Positions 34,975 to 47,237 of a stretch of DNA of 64,000 nucleotides are shown one piece after another (the first letter of the stretch is position 1; every line of letters begins with the position of its first letter). The notes beneath the pieces are model-generated. The model had not been told where the DNA came from and searched no databases. It saw nothing but the letters and a program-made list of their open reading frames with translations. Both the position numbers and the translations under genes were made by a program. Source of the stretch: Somniosus microcephalus (lineage: Eukaryota); NCBI GenBank assembly GCA_052327205.1, contig CM126230.1, positions 21,638,001 to 21,702,000 of the forward strand. The letters are read 5' to 3'.

Positions 34975-35319
34975 TCACAGAAACCCCACAGTGCAGATAG
35001 AGGCCATTTCGGCCCATCGAGCCTGCACCGACACATATCCCACCCGATCCCTGTAACCCCTACACCAACACATATCCCACCCTATCCCCGTAACCCCACG
35101 TATTTAATCCCCCTAACACTAAGGGTCAATTTATCATAGCCAATCAACCTAACCCGCACATCTTTGGACTGTGGGAGGAAACCGGAGCACCCGGAGGAAA
35201 CCCACGCAAACACGGGGAGAATGTGCAAACTCCACACAGACAGTCACCCGAGGCCGGATTCGAACCCGGGTCCCTGGCGCTGTGAGGCAACAGTGCTAAC
35301 CACTATGCCACCGTGCTGC
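34975..35319 (-). mobile_element. HE1-like V-SINE
   Basis: Reverse complement of 17706-18053. Confidence 0.88.
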
Positions 35320-35789
35320 TCCCTGCTCCAATCTCTTTCCATCCCTCATGAACATCCAACCTGTTGCGATCACCCCTGACTCCCCATGATCTTAGACCCC
35401 ACCGCGATTCCCCCCAGACCCCTCTAACCACACGCTACCCAGTACCCCAACTTACCCCCCACCCCACCGTGATCTTTAACCCCAACAACTGCTCAGGCTA
35501 CCTGCTCCTGGGCTGCGGCCTTTTCTGGAGCGCTCTCCACCCGCCAGGCAGCGTAGCCTGTCAATCAGGCCGACTTCCGAGTGAGGAATTTGTTAAAAAG
35601 AAGCACGCACACCATGGAGTTAAAACATCACGCCGTTCCCGACCATAACTCCTCCCCCACCCCGTGCTCCGCCGCTCCAAAACCCCACCCCAGTAAATAT
35701 CGGGGCCAGATGGTACAACTGCAAATTATAAATGCAATTGTTCACACCTTGTTCCAGGGCATACCAATAAATAGCCTGACCAGTGAGTT

Positions 35790-37490
35790 TAAATGCACTC
35801 TCACCTCTGAGTCAAAAGGTCATGGGTTTGAGTCCCACTCCAGAGACTTGAGCACAAAAATCCAGGTTGACACTTCAGTGCAGTGCTGAGTGAGTGCTGC
35901 ACAGTCAGATGGGCAGTACACAGGATTAGATCGGATTACATCGGATATATGGCACAGAAACAGGCCATTCGGCCCGACCAGTCCATGCCGGCGTTAATGC
36001 TCCACACGAGTCTCCACCCATCTTTCCTCATCTAAATCTATCAGCATAACCCTCGATTCCCTTCTCCCTCATATGCTGGTCCAGCCTTCCCCTTAAATGC
36101 AGTACTGAGGGAGTGCAGCACTGTCGGAGGGGCCATACTGAGGGAGTGCAGCACTGTTGGAGGGGCCATACTGAGGGAGCACTGCACTGTCGGAGGGGCC
36201 ATACTGAGGGAGTGCAGCACTGTCGGAGGGGCCATACTGAGGGAGCACCGCACTGTTGGAGGGGCAGTACTGAGGGAGCGCCGCATTGTCGGAGGGGCCA
36301 TACTGAGGGAGTGCAGCACTGTCGGAGGGGCCATACTGAGGGAGCGCCGCACTGTCGGAGGGGCCATACTGAGGGAGTGCCGCACTGTTGGAGGGGCAGT
36401 ACTGAGGGAGCGCCGCATTGTCGGAGGGGCCATACTGAGGGAGTGCAGCACTGTCGGAGGGGCAGTACTGAGGGAGCGCCGCACTGTCAGAGGGGCAGTA
36501 CTGAGGGAGCGCCGCACTGCTGGAGGGGCAGTACTGAGGGAGCGCCGCACTGTCAGAGGGGCCATACTGAGGGAGTGCCGCACTGTCAGAGGGGCAGTAC
36601 TGAGGGAGCGCCGCACTGTCAGAGGGGCCATACTGAGGGAGTGCTGCACTGTTGGAGGGGCAGTACTGAGGGAGCGCCGCACTGTCAGAGGGGCCATACT
36701 GAGGGAGTGCCGCACTGTTGGAGGGGCAGTACTGAGGGAGTGCAGCACTGTCGGAGGGGCCATACTGAGGGAGTGCCGCACTGTTGGAGGGGCAGTACTG
36801 AGGGAGCGCCGCACTGTCGGAGGGGCTATACTGAGGGAGTGCCGCACTGTTGGAGGGGCATTGCTGAGGGAGTGCAGCACTGTCAGAGGGGCAGTACTGA
36901 GGGTGTGCTGCACTGTCAGAGGGGCAGTACTGAGGGTGTGCCACACTGTCAGAGGGGCAGTACTGAGGGTGTGCCGCACTGTCAGAGGGGCAGTACTGAG
37001 GGTGTGTTGCACTGTCAGAGGGGCAGTACTGAGGGAGTGTCGCACTGTCGGAATGGCAGTACTGAGGGAGTGCCACACTGTCGGAGGGGCAGTGCTGAGG
37101 GAGTGTCGCACTGTCAGAGGGGCAGTACTGAGGGAGTGCTGTACTGTCAGAGGGGCAGTACTGAGAGAGAGCTGCACTATTGGAGGTGGTGTACTTTGGA
37201 TGTTAAAGCAAGATCCTGTCTGCTCTCTCAGGTGGACGTACAAGATCCCATGGCACTGTTCGAAGAAAAGCAGGGGAGTTATCCCTGGTGTCCTGGCCAA
37301 TATTTATCCCTCAACCAACATCTAGTCACCATCATATTGCTGTTTGTGGGAGCTTGCTGTGTGTAAATTGACTGCCACGTTTCCCACATTACAACAGTGA
37401 CTACACTTCGAAAGTACTTCATTGGCTGTAAAAGGCTTTGGGCATCTGAGGTTGTGAAAGGCGCTATAGAAATGCAAGTCTTTCTCTTCT
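35790..37490 (+). mobile_element. DeuSINE-like SINE containing a CR1 3' fragment (~35920-36100, minus) and an expanded internal minisatellite
   Basis: SINE head at 35790-35915 and body/tail at 37190-37490 flank the array. Confidence 0.7.
36100..37190. repeat. 33-bp minisatellite, ~33 copies
   Basis: Unit actgagggagtgcagcactgtcggaggggc(c/a)(a/g)t; matches the SINE internal segment (cf. 11755-11790). Confidence 0.95.
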
Positions 37491-37909
37491 TTCTTTTACC
37501 ACTGCTGACGAATGTAAACGGGCGGTGGGAATGACCCTTATTTTTTACGGCTGGAGATGGGCCAAGTACTCAGCCTGTCCTTTCGTGCCGAGGATGCAGT
37601 CTTCCCATTGCTACCCTCCCGAGGCCTTGCACAGTCACAAGAGTTGGTGCGCAGCCAGGAAACTAAATCCGTGGTCATGATTTTTGTTGCTGCTGGTGCC
37701 GGGCAATCCACCCCATAATGTTAGTGGGACGGACACCCCTCAGCACCAGGAACCCCAGTACATTATAGCACCGCTGCTTAAAGTCAGTACAACGTGGGGG
37801 CACCAGAGAATCCCGACTTCACCTCTCTTGTACACTTACTCCATGCTCAGTGACATTGTTTGCCGGCACATAGAGAGAAAGCAAAGAAAGAAAGACTTGC
37901 ATTTATATA

Positions 37910-38072
37910 ATAAAAAAAGCAAAGCAAAATACTGCGGTTGCTGGAAATCGGAAATAAAAACAGAAAATGCTGGAAATACTCAGCAGGTCAGGCAGCACCT
38001 GTGGAGAGAGAAACAGAGTTAACATTTCAGGTCGATGACCTTTCGTCAGAACTGGAGAAAGTTAGAGATGTA
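37910..38072 (-). mobile_element. Penelope-type terminal repeat with hammerhead core
   Basis: Minus strand agtt-CTGACGA-aaggtcatcgacct-GAAATGTTaact; 15-bp TSD acttgcatttatata (37895-37909, 38073-38087). Confidence 0.78.
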
Positions 38073-38304
38073 ACTTGCATTTATATAGTTCCTTTCATGA
38101 CCTCAGGACGTCCTAAAGTGTTTTACAGCCAATGAAGTACTTAGCCATAGAGTCATAGAATCATAGAGTCATAATGGCACAGAAGGAGGCCATTTTTGAA
38201 GTGTGGTCATGTGTTGTAATGTAGGAAATGTGGCAGCCAATCTGAGCACAGCAAGCTCCCACAAACAGCGATGTGATAATGACCAGATCATCTGTTTTAG
38301 TGAT

Positions 38305-38536
38305 AAAAATAACAACAGAAAATGCTGGAAAAACTCAGCAGGTCAGGCAACATCCGTGGAGAGAAATTTGAGTTGACGTTTCGGGTTGGACCCTTCTTCA
38401 AAACTTTTGAAGAAGGGTCCAACCCGAAACGTCAACTCAAATTTCTCTCCACGGATGTTGCCTGACCTGCTGAGTTTTTCCAGCATTTTCTGTTGTTATT
38501 TCGGATTTCCAACATCTGCAGTATTTTGCTATCGTA
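38305..38536. mobile_element. Inverted-duplicated Penelope-type repeat (perfect palindrome 38307-38501)
   Basis: 97-bp arms around a single C at 38404; 16-bp TSD catctgttttagtgat (38289-38304, 38537-38552). Confidence 0.85.
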
Positions 38537-39934
38537 CATCTGTTTTAGTGATGTTGATTGAGGGATAAATATTGGCCAGGACACCGGGGAGAACTCCCCT
38601 ACTCTTCTTCCAAATAGTGCCATGGGATCTCTGGGTCCACCTGAGAGTGGTTTAACATCTCATCTGAAAGTCGGCACCTCCGGCAGTGCAGCGCTCCCTC
38701 AGTACCGCACCGGAGTGTCAGCCTAGATTTTTGTGCTCAAGTCCCTGGAGTGGGACTTGAGCCCATGACTTTCTGACTCAGAGAGCGACAATAAGTGCGA
38801 TCCATTGCATTTTCACTTTTTAATCCAAAAGTATTTTGTGGAATGATGTGAAAATTTTGTCGGGAAACTTAAAGCTTTGATCAGTTTTGGTGGTCCACTA
38901 TCAAGTGCCCGAATTGTTAAGTAAATGTTTAGCTTTACACCCACATGAGGCCTCCTCTTAGCAGCATTCTCCAGGCATTTAAGCTCACTTGACAGTTTAT
39001 TTTAGCCAGTGTCCACTCTCCCATTAGGTCTTTGACAAATGAAGTTACTGGAAACTTTTGTTCTGCTCTGTTTGCAGAGTGTAAGAAAGTAAGCTAATCA
39101 ACAGGAGATAAGAGAGCAATTAACAGTCTTTTAAAGATAAGATCCGCCCCAGCTCTCCTCCGATAAGGAATCTCAAGTACTTACAATCACTGGTGCTAAA
39201 CATTTCTCTTTTCTAATGTGGTGTGAGGAATTGACCATTAGCGAGATATTTTTTTGTGTAAAATCTGTGGCTGCTCCTTTAACCCTGGGCTTTCACTTCT
39301 GGAGTGAAGAAGAAAAAAAAATTCAACAGAATTTGGATGAAAATCACACAAAGCATTTGTGAGGCGAGTGTTTGGTGAAAGGCGTATTTTAATGTTGTTG
39401 GCGGTGATGCATTGCTTCAGGCTAAATAAAGCAACTGTTTCTTCAAGCATAATTAATTCCATTATATAACAAAAATAAGCAGCGCACAAGCAAAGACTCA
39501 AGACCTGTAAATAAATTAAATGTGATGAAGTTTATAAACATGTGTTGCGCTGTAGGACAGGGCAGAGCCACTATAAACTGATCAACATAATTGGGCTTTC
39601 TACGCTAGAACCCATTGGGTTAATGATCCAAGTGTGCACAGTGGGAAGCCTCACCAGCCCCACTGCATATCGGAAAATCGTGGGCAGTGCATCCAGAAAA
39701 TCTGGGCTAATATCTGTCCAGGAAAATAGTCTTCCGTGTTCTCTGCACAGTTAATTAATCCCAGCAGGAAGCTACAAATGACCTCAACCACCTTGGGGGG
39801 GAAATCCAGCTCATGTTAAATGCCAGCTGTGGCTCAGTTGGTAGCAAGCTCACATCTGAGCTGGCAGGGCATGGGTTTAAGTCCCACTTCAGAAACGTGA
39901 ACACAAAATTCACAAAATAGTGCTGCACTGTCTG

Positions 39935-41402
39935 AAACATAGAAGATAGGAGCAGGAGTAGGCCATTCGGCCCCTCGAGCCTGCTCCGCCATTCAATGCG
40001 ATCATGGCTGATCATCCAAATTCAGTACCCTGTCCCTGCTTTCTCCCCATTCCCCTTGATCCCTTTAGCCTTAAGAAATATATCCAACTCCTTCTTGAAT
40101 ATATTTAATGTATTGGCCTCTACTGCCTTCTGTGGTAGAGAATTCCACAGGTTCATCACTCTCTGGGTGAAGAAATTCCTCCTCATTTCTGTCCTAAATG
40201 GCTTACCCCTTATCCTTAGACTGTGACCCTGGTTCTGGACTCCCCGACCATCGGGAACATCCTTCCTGCATCTAGTCTGTCCAGTCCTGTTAGAATTTTA
40301 TAAGTTTCAATGAGATCCCCTCTCATTCTTCTAAACTCCAGTGAGTACAAGCCCAATCGACCCAATCTCTCCTCATACGTCATTCCTGCCATCCCAGGTA
40401 TCAGTCTGGTGAATCTTCGCTGAACTCCCTCCATGGCAAGAACATCCTGCCTCAGATAAGGCGACCAAAAATGCACACAATACTCAAGATGTGGTCTCAC
40501 CAAGGCCCTGTACAACTGCAGCAAGACATCCTTGTTCCTGTACTCAAACCCTCTCGCTACGAAGGCCAACATACCATTTGACTTCTTAACCGCCTGCTGC
40601 ACCTGCATGCTTACCTTCAGCAACTGGTGCACAAGGACACCCAGGTCTCGTTGCACTTCCCCTTCTCCCAATCTATTGCCATTCAGATAAAAATCTGCCT
40701 TCCTGTTTTTGCCACCAAAGTGGATAACCTCACATTTATCCACGTTATATTGCATCTGCCATGCTTTTGCCCAATCACCCAACCTGTCCAAATCATCCTG
40801 GAGTTTCTCGGCATCCTCCTCACAGCACACACGCCCACCCAGCTTTGTGTCGTCTGCAAATTTGGAGATATTACATCTAGTTCCCTTGTCTAGATCATTA
40901 ATATATATTGTGAATAGCTGGGGTCCAAGGACCGATCCCTGCGGTACCCCACTAGTCACTGCCTGCCACTCGGAAAAAGACCCATTTATTCCAACTCTTT
41001 GCTTTCTATCTGCCAACCAGTTCTCTATCCAAGTCAATACCTTGCCCCCAATCCCATGTGCCTTAACTTTACACGCTAATCTCTTATGCGGGACCTTATC
41101 GAAAGCCTTCTGAAAGTCCAAATACACCACATCCACTGGTTCTCCCTTATCTATTTTACCAGTTACATCCTCAAAAAATTCCAGTAGATTACCTCTTGTA
41201 AATCCATGTTGACTTTGTCCGATCCTGTCACTGTTTTCCAAGTGCTCTGCTATTACATCTTTTATAATGGACTCTAGCATTTTCCCCACTACCGATGTCA
41301 GGCTTACCGGTCTGTAATTCCCCGTTTTCTCTCTACCACCTTTTTTGAATAGTGGGGTAACATTAGCTACCCTCCAATCCATGGGTACTGTTCCAGATTC
41401 CA
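39935..41402 (-). mobile_element. CR1 LINE, 5'-truncated, inserted in a DeuSINE-like SINE (39822-39934, 41403-41720)
   Basis: ORF 40216-41451 RT motifs; small deletion at QHGFTRG|NLL; (aacatag) tail. Confidence 0.92.
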
Positions 41403-42255
41403 TCTGAGGTGTTGAAACGTTAAACCGAGATGTCTGTTCTCTCGGGGTCATGTAAAAGATCCCATGGCACTACTGGAAGAAGAGCAGAGAAGTTCGCCCC
41501 GGTGTCTTGGCCAATATTTATGCCTCAACCAACATTAAAAAACAGAACATCTGGTCATTACCACACTGCTGTTTTATGGGAGCTTGCTGTGCGCAAATTG
41601 GCTGTCACGTTTCCCACATTACAACAGTGACTACACTTCAAAAAGTACTTCATTGGCTGTAAAGCACTTTGGGACGTCCTGAGGTTGTGAAAGGCGCTAT
41701 ATAAATGCAAGTCTTTCTTTATGTTCCCACTTTTGATCGGCATCTTGTGACTCCTGCTGTAAGTACATGTGTGTTGTCAGCAGGCGAAAACAGGATTGGC
41801 CATGTTTACGATGCTCCCGAATATTAGGTTTGCCAACCCTCCAGGGTTGTTTTGGAGTCTCTCGGAATTAAAGAATAATCTCCTGGACACTGCTGTGAGC
41901 AACCAGGAGATAAATCATAGGGGCATTACAAACCAATCGTGTCTTTTTTTCTTTGAGGACTTGTTTTTCAGTTATAAAAATACTGGAGGTGTGGGAATAA
42001 AAGCTGTTTGACTGACAGTCAAGAACCATCCAATCGGGTAGCGAGGAGTCTGTTCACTTTCCAATTGGCATGGGAGGGTGGTGCACCCTGTGGATGGACG
42101 TGTCGGGCGACCAAAGGCAGGAGTGTGGAGGCGGGGCAGTTGGAGGCGGGAGGTCATAAGATGAAACCTCTGGGAATACGGCCAACTAGGCAATTAGGCA
42201 ATTGGATAAAGTAGGAGAGAGTGGTAGGCATTGGTGGAACTGTACCCTGACATAG

Positions 42256-42800
42256 GCCCAAAATTTGCAATGAGAATTAACTATGCTGGCTATCAGCGCT
42301 TGCCGTTATAATGGAGGAAATCTGACAGCAAATTTTGGAGTAGGCACATGCGCAGTTAAAACACAGAAATCCAGAAGTTGCTGTCAGAGATACCCTGTTC
42401 CACCACAGGGTGCACTGTTGTAGTCCTCGCCGATGTTGCATTTATTTAAATGCCGAGTCTGAACTTGCTGTACTTGCCCACTAGTTCCGCACTAAAAACA
42501 GGTGGAAAATTTAGAGCTGTTGCATTCAGGAGTGACTTTTTAATGGTGTGATAAGTGATAATTACTGCTGAACAACCTCTCTGGCCCTGAAAAAAAAATT
42601 TTTACAAATGTGGAGCCTCATTCCCTCAAAAGAAAATTAGTGTTGGAGATTTTTAAAAATTAATTTAAAAAAAATCTTTTCTGTCTGTCTCTTTTATCTC
42701 CCTCCCATCTGTCTTTTCTAATCTTTATTTTGCTTTCTGTACATCATTTAAATCTAATTTACATTTCCTGGTTTGTACTTCCTGGTTTGGACTCTGTGGG
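42256..42800 (+). mobile_element. Harbinger-like non-autonomous element fragment
   Basis: Starts ggcccaaaatttgca; homologous to the flanks of LTR element 1. Confidence 0.5.
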
Positions 42801-43162
42801 GGGGTGGGGGATTTTAACACGGGTGAGCGGTTGGGTTGGTGGGGCTAAATGGGCAAAATTTCCAAGCGTGTCGTGAAGCCGGCTCCCTGTGGTAGCAACC
42901 TCTACTTAGTTCTTAGTTTTAACTTAGAACTAAGTTAATTGGTTTTAGTCAGGAGATAATCACACTGGTTAAACCTTCAACTTCCCATTTACTGTACCTG
43001 TATTTATACCTTTTTGTAATTACCAAGTTGGATGAACCAACACCAGAGTGGTTGTACTAAATTGGCAGGATATTTTGTCACTTGCAATGTGTCTTATGCT
43101 GTGAACGCCAGTGAGGCATTGATAATGTTTGAGCAGAGCTATGAGCAGGGAGCCTCTGGTTT

Positions 43163-43375
43163 AGTGTCTCTTCACCTCTCATAGAAATTCCCTTTTTGTT
43201 CTTTCATCCCCTCCCCCATTTCCCAGGCCCCCAAACTTGCTTTTTAATCTGTTTCATTTCCTGCTTTTTTTCTCAGTTCTGAAGAAGGGTTTTGACCTGA
43301 AACGTTAACTCTCTTTCTCTCTCCACGGATGTTGCCTGGCCTGCTGAGTTTTTCCAGCGTTTTCTATTGTTGTCT
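43163..43375 (+). mobile_element. Penelope-type fragment with hammerhead core (43275-43310)
   Basis: agtt-CTGAAGA-agggttttgacct-GAAAC-GTT-aact; short duplicated flank ctctggttt. Confidence 0.7.
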
Positions 43376-43733
43376 CTGGTTTTATTACCTGCTCGCACTG
43401 CTGTGGGGCTAACAGAATTCAACGCATGAGTGCCTCCTGTATTACTGCTGTATTTCCTACTGATTGAAGTGAGCTAACTTGACAGAGAGCTCCTTTCAAA
43501 CAATAAAAATAATAGATGGCTTCAAGTGCTGCTAAAGGTTTCCTTTTAAATATAAAAAGTAGTTACAAAACGGGTTTGATGTTAAGGCGGAACAAAAGCA
43601 CAGTGAGCTGACCTCTCTCCATCTCACATTAATACTCATAAGACAGAACTAGATGTAGCAGCATTTTACTGGACTTTTAGGCTCCAATCCAAATGTCTCA
43701 GTGCTTGTGAAAAAAAATTCCACCACTACCAAT

Positions 43734-43876
43734 CAATGGTCCCTTTAATTATTTTTTGAGTGCGCGGCCCCTTTAACGGGCTGTGCGGCCCATTCAAATC
43801 TCCGCGCATGCGCGGTTTTTCCTATTGTAAAGCTGGCAAGCAGCCTGCCCGGGTCCTCCAGACGACGAGAACATTG
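43734..43876. mobile_element. hAT-type MITE (143 bp)
   Basis: Ends caatggtccc / gagaacattg; perfect 8-bp TSD CTACCAAT (43726-43733, 43877-43884). Confidence 0.8.
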
Positions 43877-44041
43877 CTACCAATAGTTAAAGTGGACCAG
43901 ACTGGTCTGGGACAAGGGTTTGGCTTTTAAACAACCTCCCTCCCCAAGAGGACTCCTCTGCTGCTCCCCTTCTCCTCTCCACAAGAATGTGGAGTTTCCA
44001 TTAAGACCCTGCTGCCAATCTCCCTCCAGGAAAAAATTTAA

Positions 44042-44521
44042 AACATAGAAACATAGAAACATAGAAGATAGGAGCAGGAGTAGGCCATTCGGCCCTTCGA
44101 GCCTGCTCCGCCATTCAATGAGACCATGGCTGATCATCCAAATTCAGTACCCTGTTCCTGCCTTCTCCCCATATCCCTTGATCCCTTTAGCCTTAAGAAA
44201 TATATCCAACTCCTTCTTGAATACATTTAATGAATTGGCCTCTACTGCCTTCTGTGGTAGAGAATTCCACAGGTTCACCACTCTCTGGGTGAAGAAATTC
44301 CTCCTCATCTCTGTCCTAAATGGCTTACCCCTTATCCTTAGACTGTGACCCCTGGTTCTGGACTCCCCGACCATCGGGAACATCCTTCCTGCATCTAGTC
44401 TGTCTAGTCCTGTTAGAATTTTATAAGTTTCAATGAGATCCCCTCTCATTCTTCTAAACTCCAGTGAGTATAAGCCCAATCGACCCAATCTCTCCTCATA
44501 CGTCATTCCTGCCATCCCAGT
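44042..44521 (-). mobile_element. CR1 3' fragment
   Basis: ORF 44144-44545 GMAGMTYEERLGRL..; (aaacatag)n tail. Confidence 0.9.
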
Positions 44522-44864
44522 TATCTTTATTTTGTTGAAAAGCATTTAATGATATAAGGGAATGGATGCCTCCCTAAAACCAGAGTCGGATCTGCTATTT
44601 GATGTTGGGGGGAATGTTTAAAAATAAAAGTTCAAATATAAAAGTGCGGAGAATTTCATTTTTAAGTACTAGCTAGAATTAATCATCCATGGTCCAGTAA
44701 CTCAGCCTCGGTTCCAGAGATTCAGAAAATGGTTCCCTTTGCATGGGGATAGTGAGCGCGGCACAAAGGGTGGTAGCTCTTTCTGGGCAAGGTTATAATA
44801 ATTTCCTGGTTCTTCGATCGCTCAGCAAGTTTACCCAGTCTGTAGCTAAGCCGTACAAAGCAGA

Positions 44865-46030
44865 ACGCTTCACTTGGAGGGTGGTGCATCTTTGGAATTC
44901 TCTGCCCCAGTGGGCTGTGGATGCTCAGTCGTTGAGTATATTCAAGGCTGAGATTGATAGATTTTTGGACTCAAGGGGAATCCAGGGATATGGGGATAGG
45001 GCGGGAAAGTGGAGTTGCGGTCGAAGATCAACCATGATCCTATTGAATGGTGGAGCAGGCTCGAGGGGCCGAATGGCTGACTCCTGCTCCTGATTCTAAT
45101 GTTCTTAACAAACCCAGCTTCAGCCATTGGTTTATGTTGAGTCAGCTGATCTCAGATGGGGCAGTTTTAGGGATGATATGGTTGGCTTCAAGCGCTCCTG
45201 GGTTAGGGAGCAAAAAATCGCCAAGGCTCCTGTTTCCTGATTGCTATCCAGCCAAGTGTGGGTATCAGGTGGCAACATAGAATCTTACAGCACAGGAGGA
45301 GGCCATTCAACCCATGTGCTTTGAAAGAGCTCTCCAATTAGTCCCCGCTCTCCCCTGCTCGTTCCCCATAATCCTGCAAATTTTTCCTTTTCAAGTATTT
45401 ATCCAATTCCCTTTTGAAAGTCACTATTGAATCTGCTTCCACCTCCCTTTCAAGCAGCGCGTTCCAGATCACAAGAGTTTAGAAGAAAGAGATGAGATCT
45501 CATTGAAATGTATAAAATTCTGACAGGGCTAGACAGACTGGATGCAGGGAGGATGTTTCCCCTAGCTGGGGGTTGTCTAGAACGAGGGGTCACAGTCTCA
45601 GGATACGGGATAGGACATTTAGGACTGAGATGAGGAGACAGCTCTTCACTCAGAGGGTGGTGAACCTGTGGAATTCTCTACCGCAGAAAGCTGTGGAGAC
45701 CAAATCACTGAATATATTTAAGAAGGAGATAGATAGATTTCTAGACACAAAAGACATCAAGGAGTATGGGGAGAGAGCAGGAATATGGTATTGAGATAGA
45801 GGATCAGCCATGATCATATTGAATGGCGGAGCAGGCTCGAAGGGCCGAATGGCCTACTCCTGCTCCTATTTTTCTATGTTTCTGCAACTCACTGCGCTAA
45901 AAAAAATTCTCCTCATCCCCTCCCTGGTTCTTTGGCCAATTATCTTAAATCTGTGTCCTCTGGTTACCAACCCTCCTGCCAGTGGAAACAGTTTCTACCT
46001 ATTTACTCCATCAAAACCCCTCATAAATTT
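44865..46030. mobile_element. Cluster of CR1 3' fragments (44865-45107 +; 45474-45883 + nested in a minus-strand CR1 tail 45275-46030)
   Basis: FTQRVVNLWNSLPQ..IDRFLD..GYG translations and CR1 3' UTR hairpins. Confidence 0.75.
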
Positions 46031-46704
46031 ATCCAGATCGTAAGGACAGTGCATTACTCTATTGGCATTAATGTATTGTACATTTGCAGCAGTTCTGAGT
46101 TCAATACATAAGTGCATAAAGCAGCTTCATTGTACAATGGTGCTGAAACAGCCCGGTGAATGAGCAGGTTTCATTGCAGATAGACTGTTGAAAACCATCA
46201 GGCCTATTACAACGAGATAAAACAAAGTTCATCACGAATAATAAATTAATCAGCAAAAATGGGCATTCCCGCTGTTTTGAAAGTAGATGACGGATATTTC
46301 TTTATGTAACCTGCAGGAAAAAAGAGCATCAGGAATATAGAAAAAAATGTAGAGAATGGTTCAAGTGTCAATGTAAAAGACTTCACTTAACAGCAACCTG
46401 CCATAAAACATGTGCGCACTTAAGGGAAGTCAGTGTGATGACTGATTTTGTTAAAGTTTTCTTTTCTTTGCCCTACACTTAGAAGAAATATTTTATTTAC
46501 CATCTTACCAAATGTACCAGTAACTGCTTGGATATCTCAAAATCTTGACAGCTACGCGTGACGCTTCTGGTGAAGTTTTCAGCACAGGAGTTAAAGGAAT
46601 GGCTCTTACAAAGTCCTTTTGTCATGACGAAACTTGATAAAGATATAGTTAAACATTTTTTTTTTTAAAAGGACACTTGGTAATAATCTGTCTTTCCAAT
46701 GATA

Positions 46705-46970
46705 CATTAAACCGAGGCCCCGTCTGCCCTGTCAAGTGCACATAAAAGATCCCATGGCACCACTTCGAAGAAGAGCAGGGGAGTTAACCCTGACATCCTG
46801 CCCAATATTTATCCCTCAATTAACATCATTAAAACAGATGATCTGGTCAGTATCTCAAGTCTGTTTGTAGGAGCTTGCTGTGCGTAGATTGGCTGCCACA
46901 TTTCCTTGTATCAACAGTTACTATGTTTCAAAAGTATTTCATTGGCTGTAAAGTGCTTTGGGACGTCCTG
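46705..46970 (+). mobile_element. DeuSINE-like SINE fragment
   Basis: 'aaagatcccatggcac..gaagaagagcagggg..gagcttgctgtgcg' body. Confidence 0.7.
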
Positions 46971-47237
46971 AGCGGGTTAGGACTCTACAATTAGTGCTCC
47001 TTCGCAAGGGGCGGGGGATCAAAGTCAGCCAGGGTTTGCACTTATGATTGCTATCCAGTGACCCCCACAGTCAAATAGCCTGCTGACACTCACCACCTCA
47101 GCTCACGCAAGAAGAATGCCCACTTGGGGGAGATACTGGATAGTTTAGGCACAGGGAACGTTTCCCAGCGAGAGCCTGTGCCTCGAGGCCAGGAGGGGAG
47201 AAAGCCGAACAGAAAAACCTCTCGAGCATAATATTTT

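Larger units (their letters stand above)
32598..35707. mobile_element. Harbinger-type non-autonomous element carrying nested CR1 and HE1-like insertions
   Basis: Ends ggggggaattttaac and gtaaatatcggggcc match the two ends of Harbinger 3; flanks agt/aga. Confidence 0.55.
37885..38790 (-). mobile_element. DeuSINE-like SINE with two Penelope-type inserts
   Basis: Reverse-complement SINE tail at 37885-37909, body 38073-38304 and 38537-38790. Confidence 0.75.

Noticed and set aside
36041-37366. Three overlapping ORFs of 327-419 aa
   Set aside because: They arise from a stop-poor 33-bp tandem unit derived from a SINE and are open on both strands
41825-42200. Possible hAT element starting taggtttgccaacc
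   Set aside because: No matching right TIR or 8-bp TSD could be found
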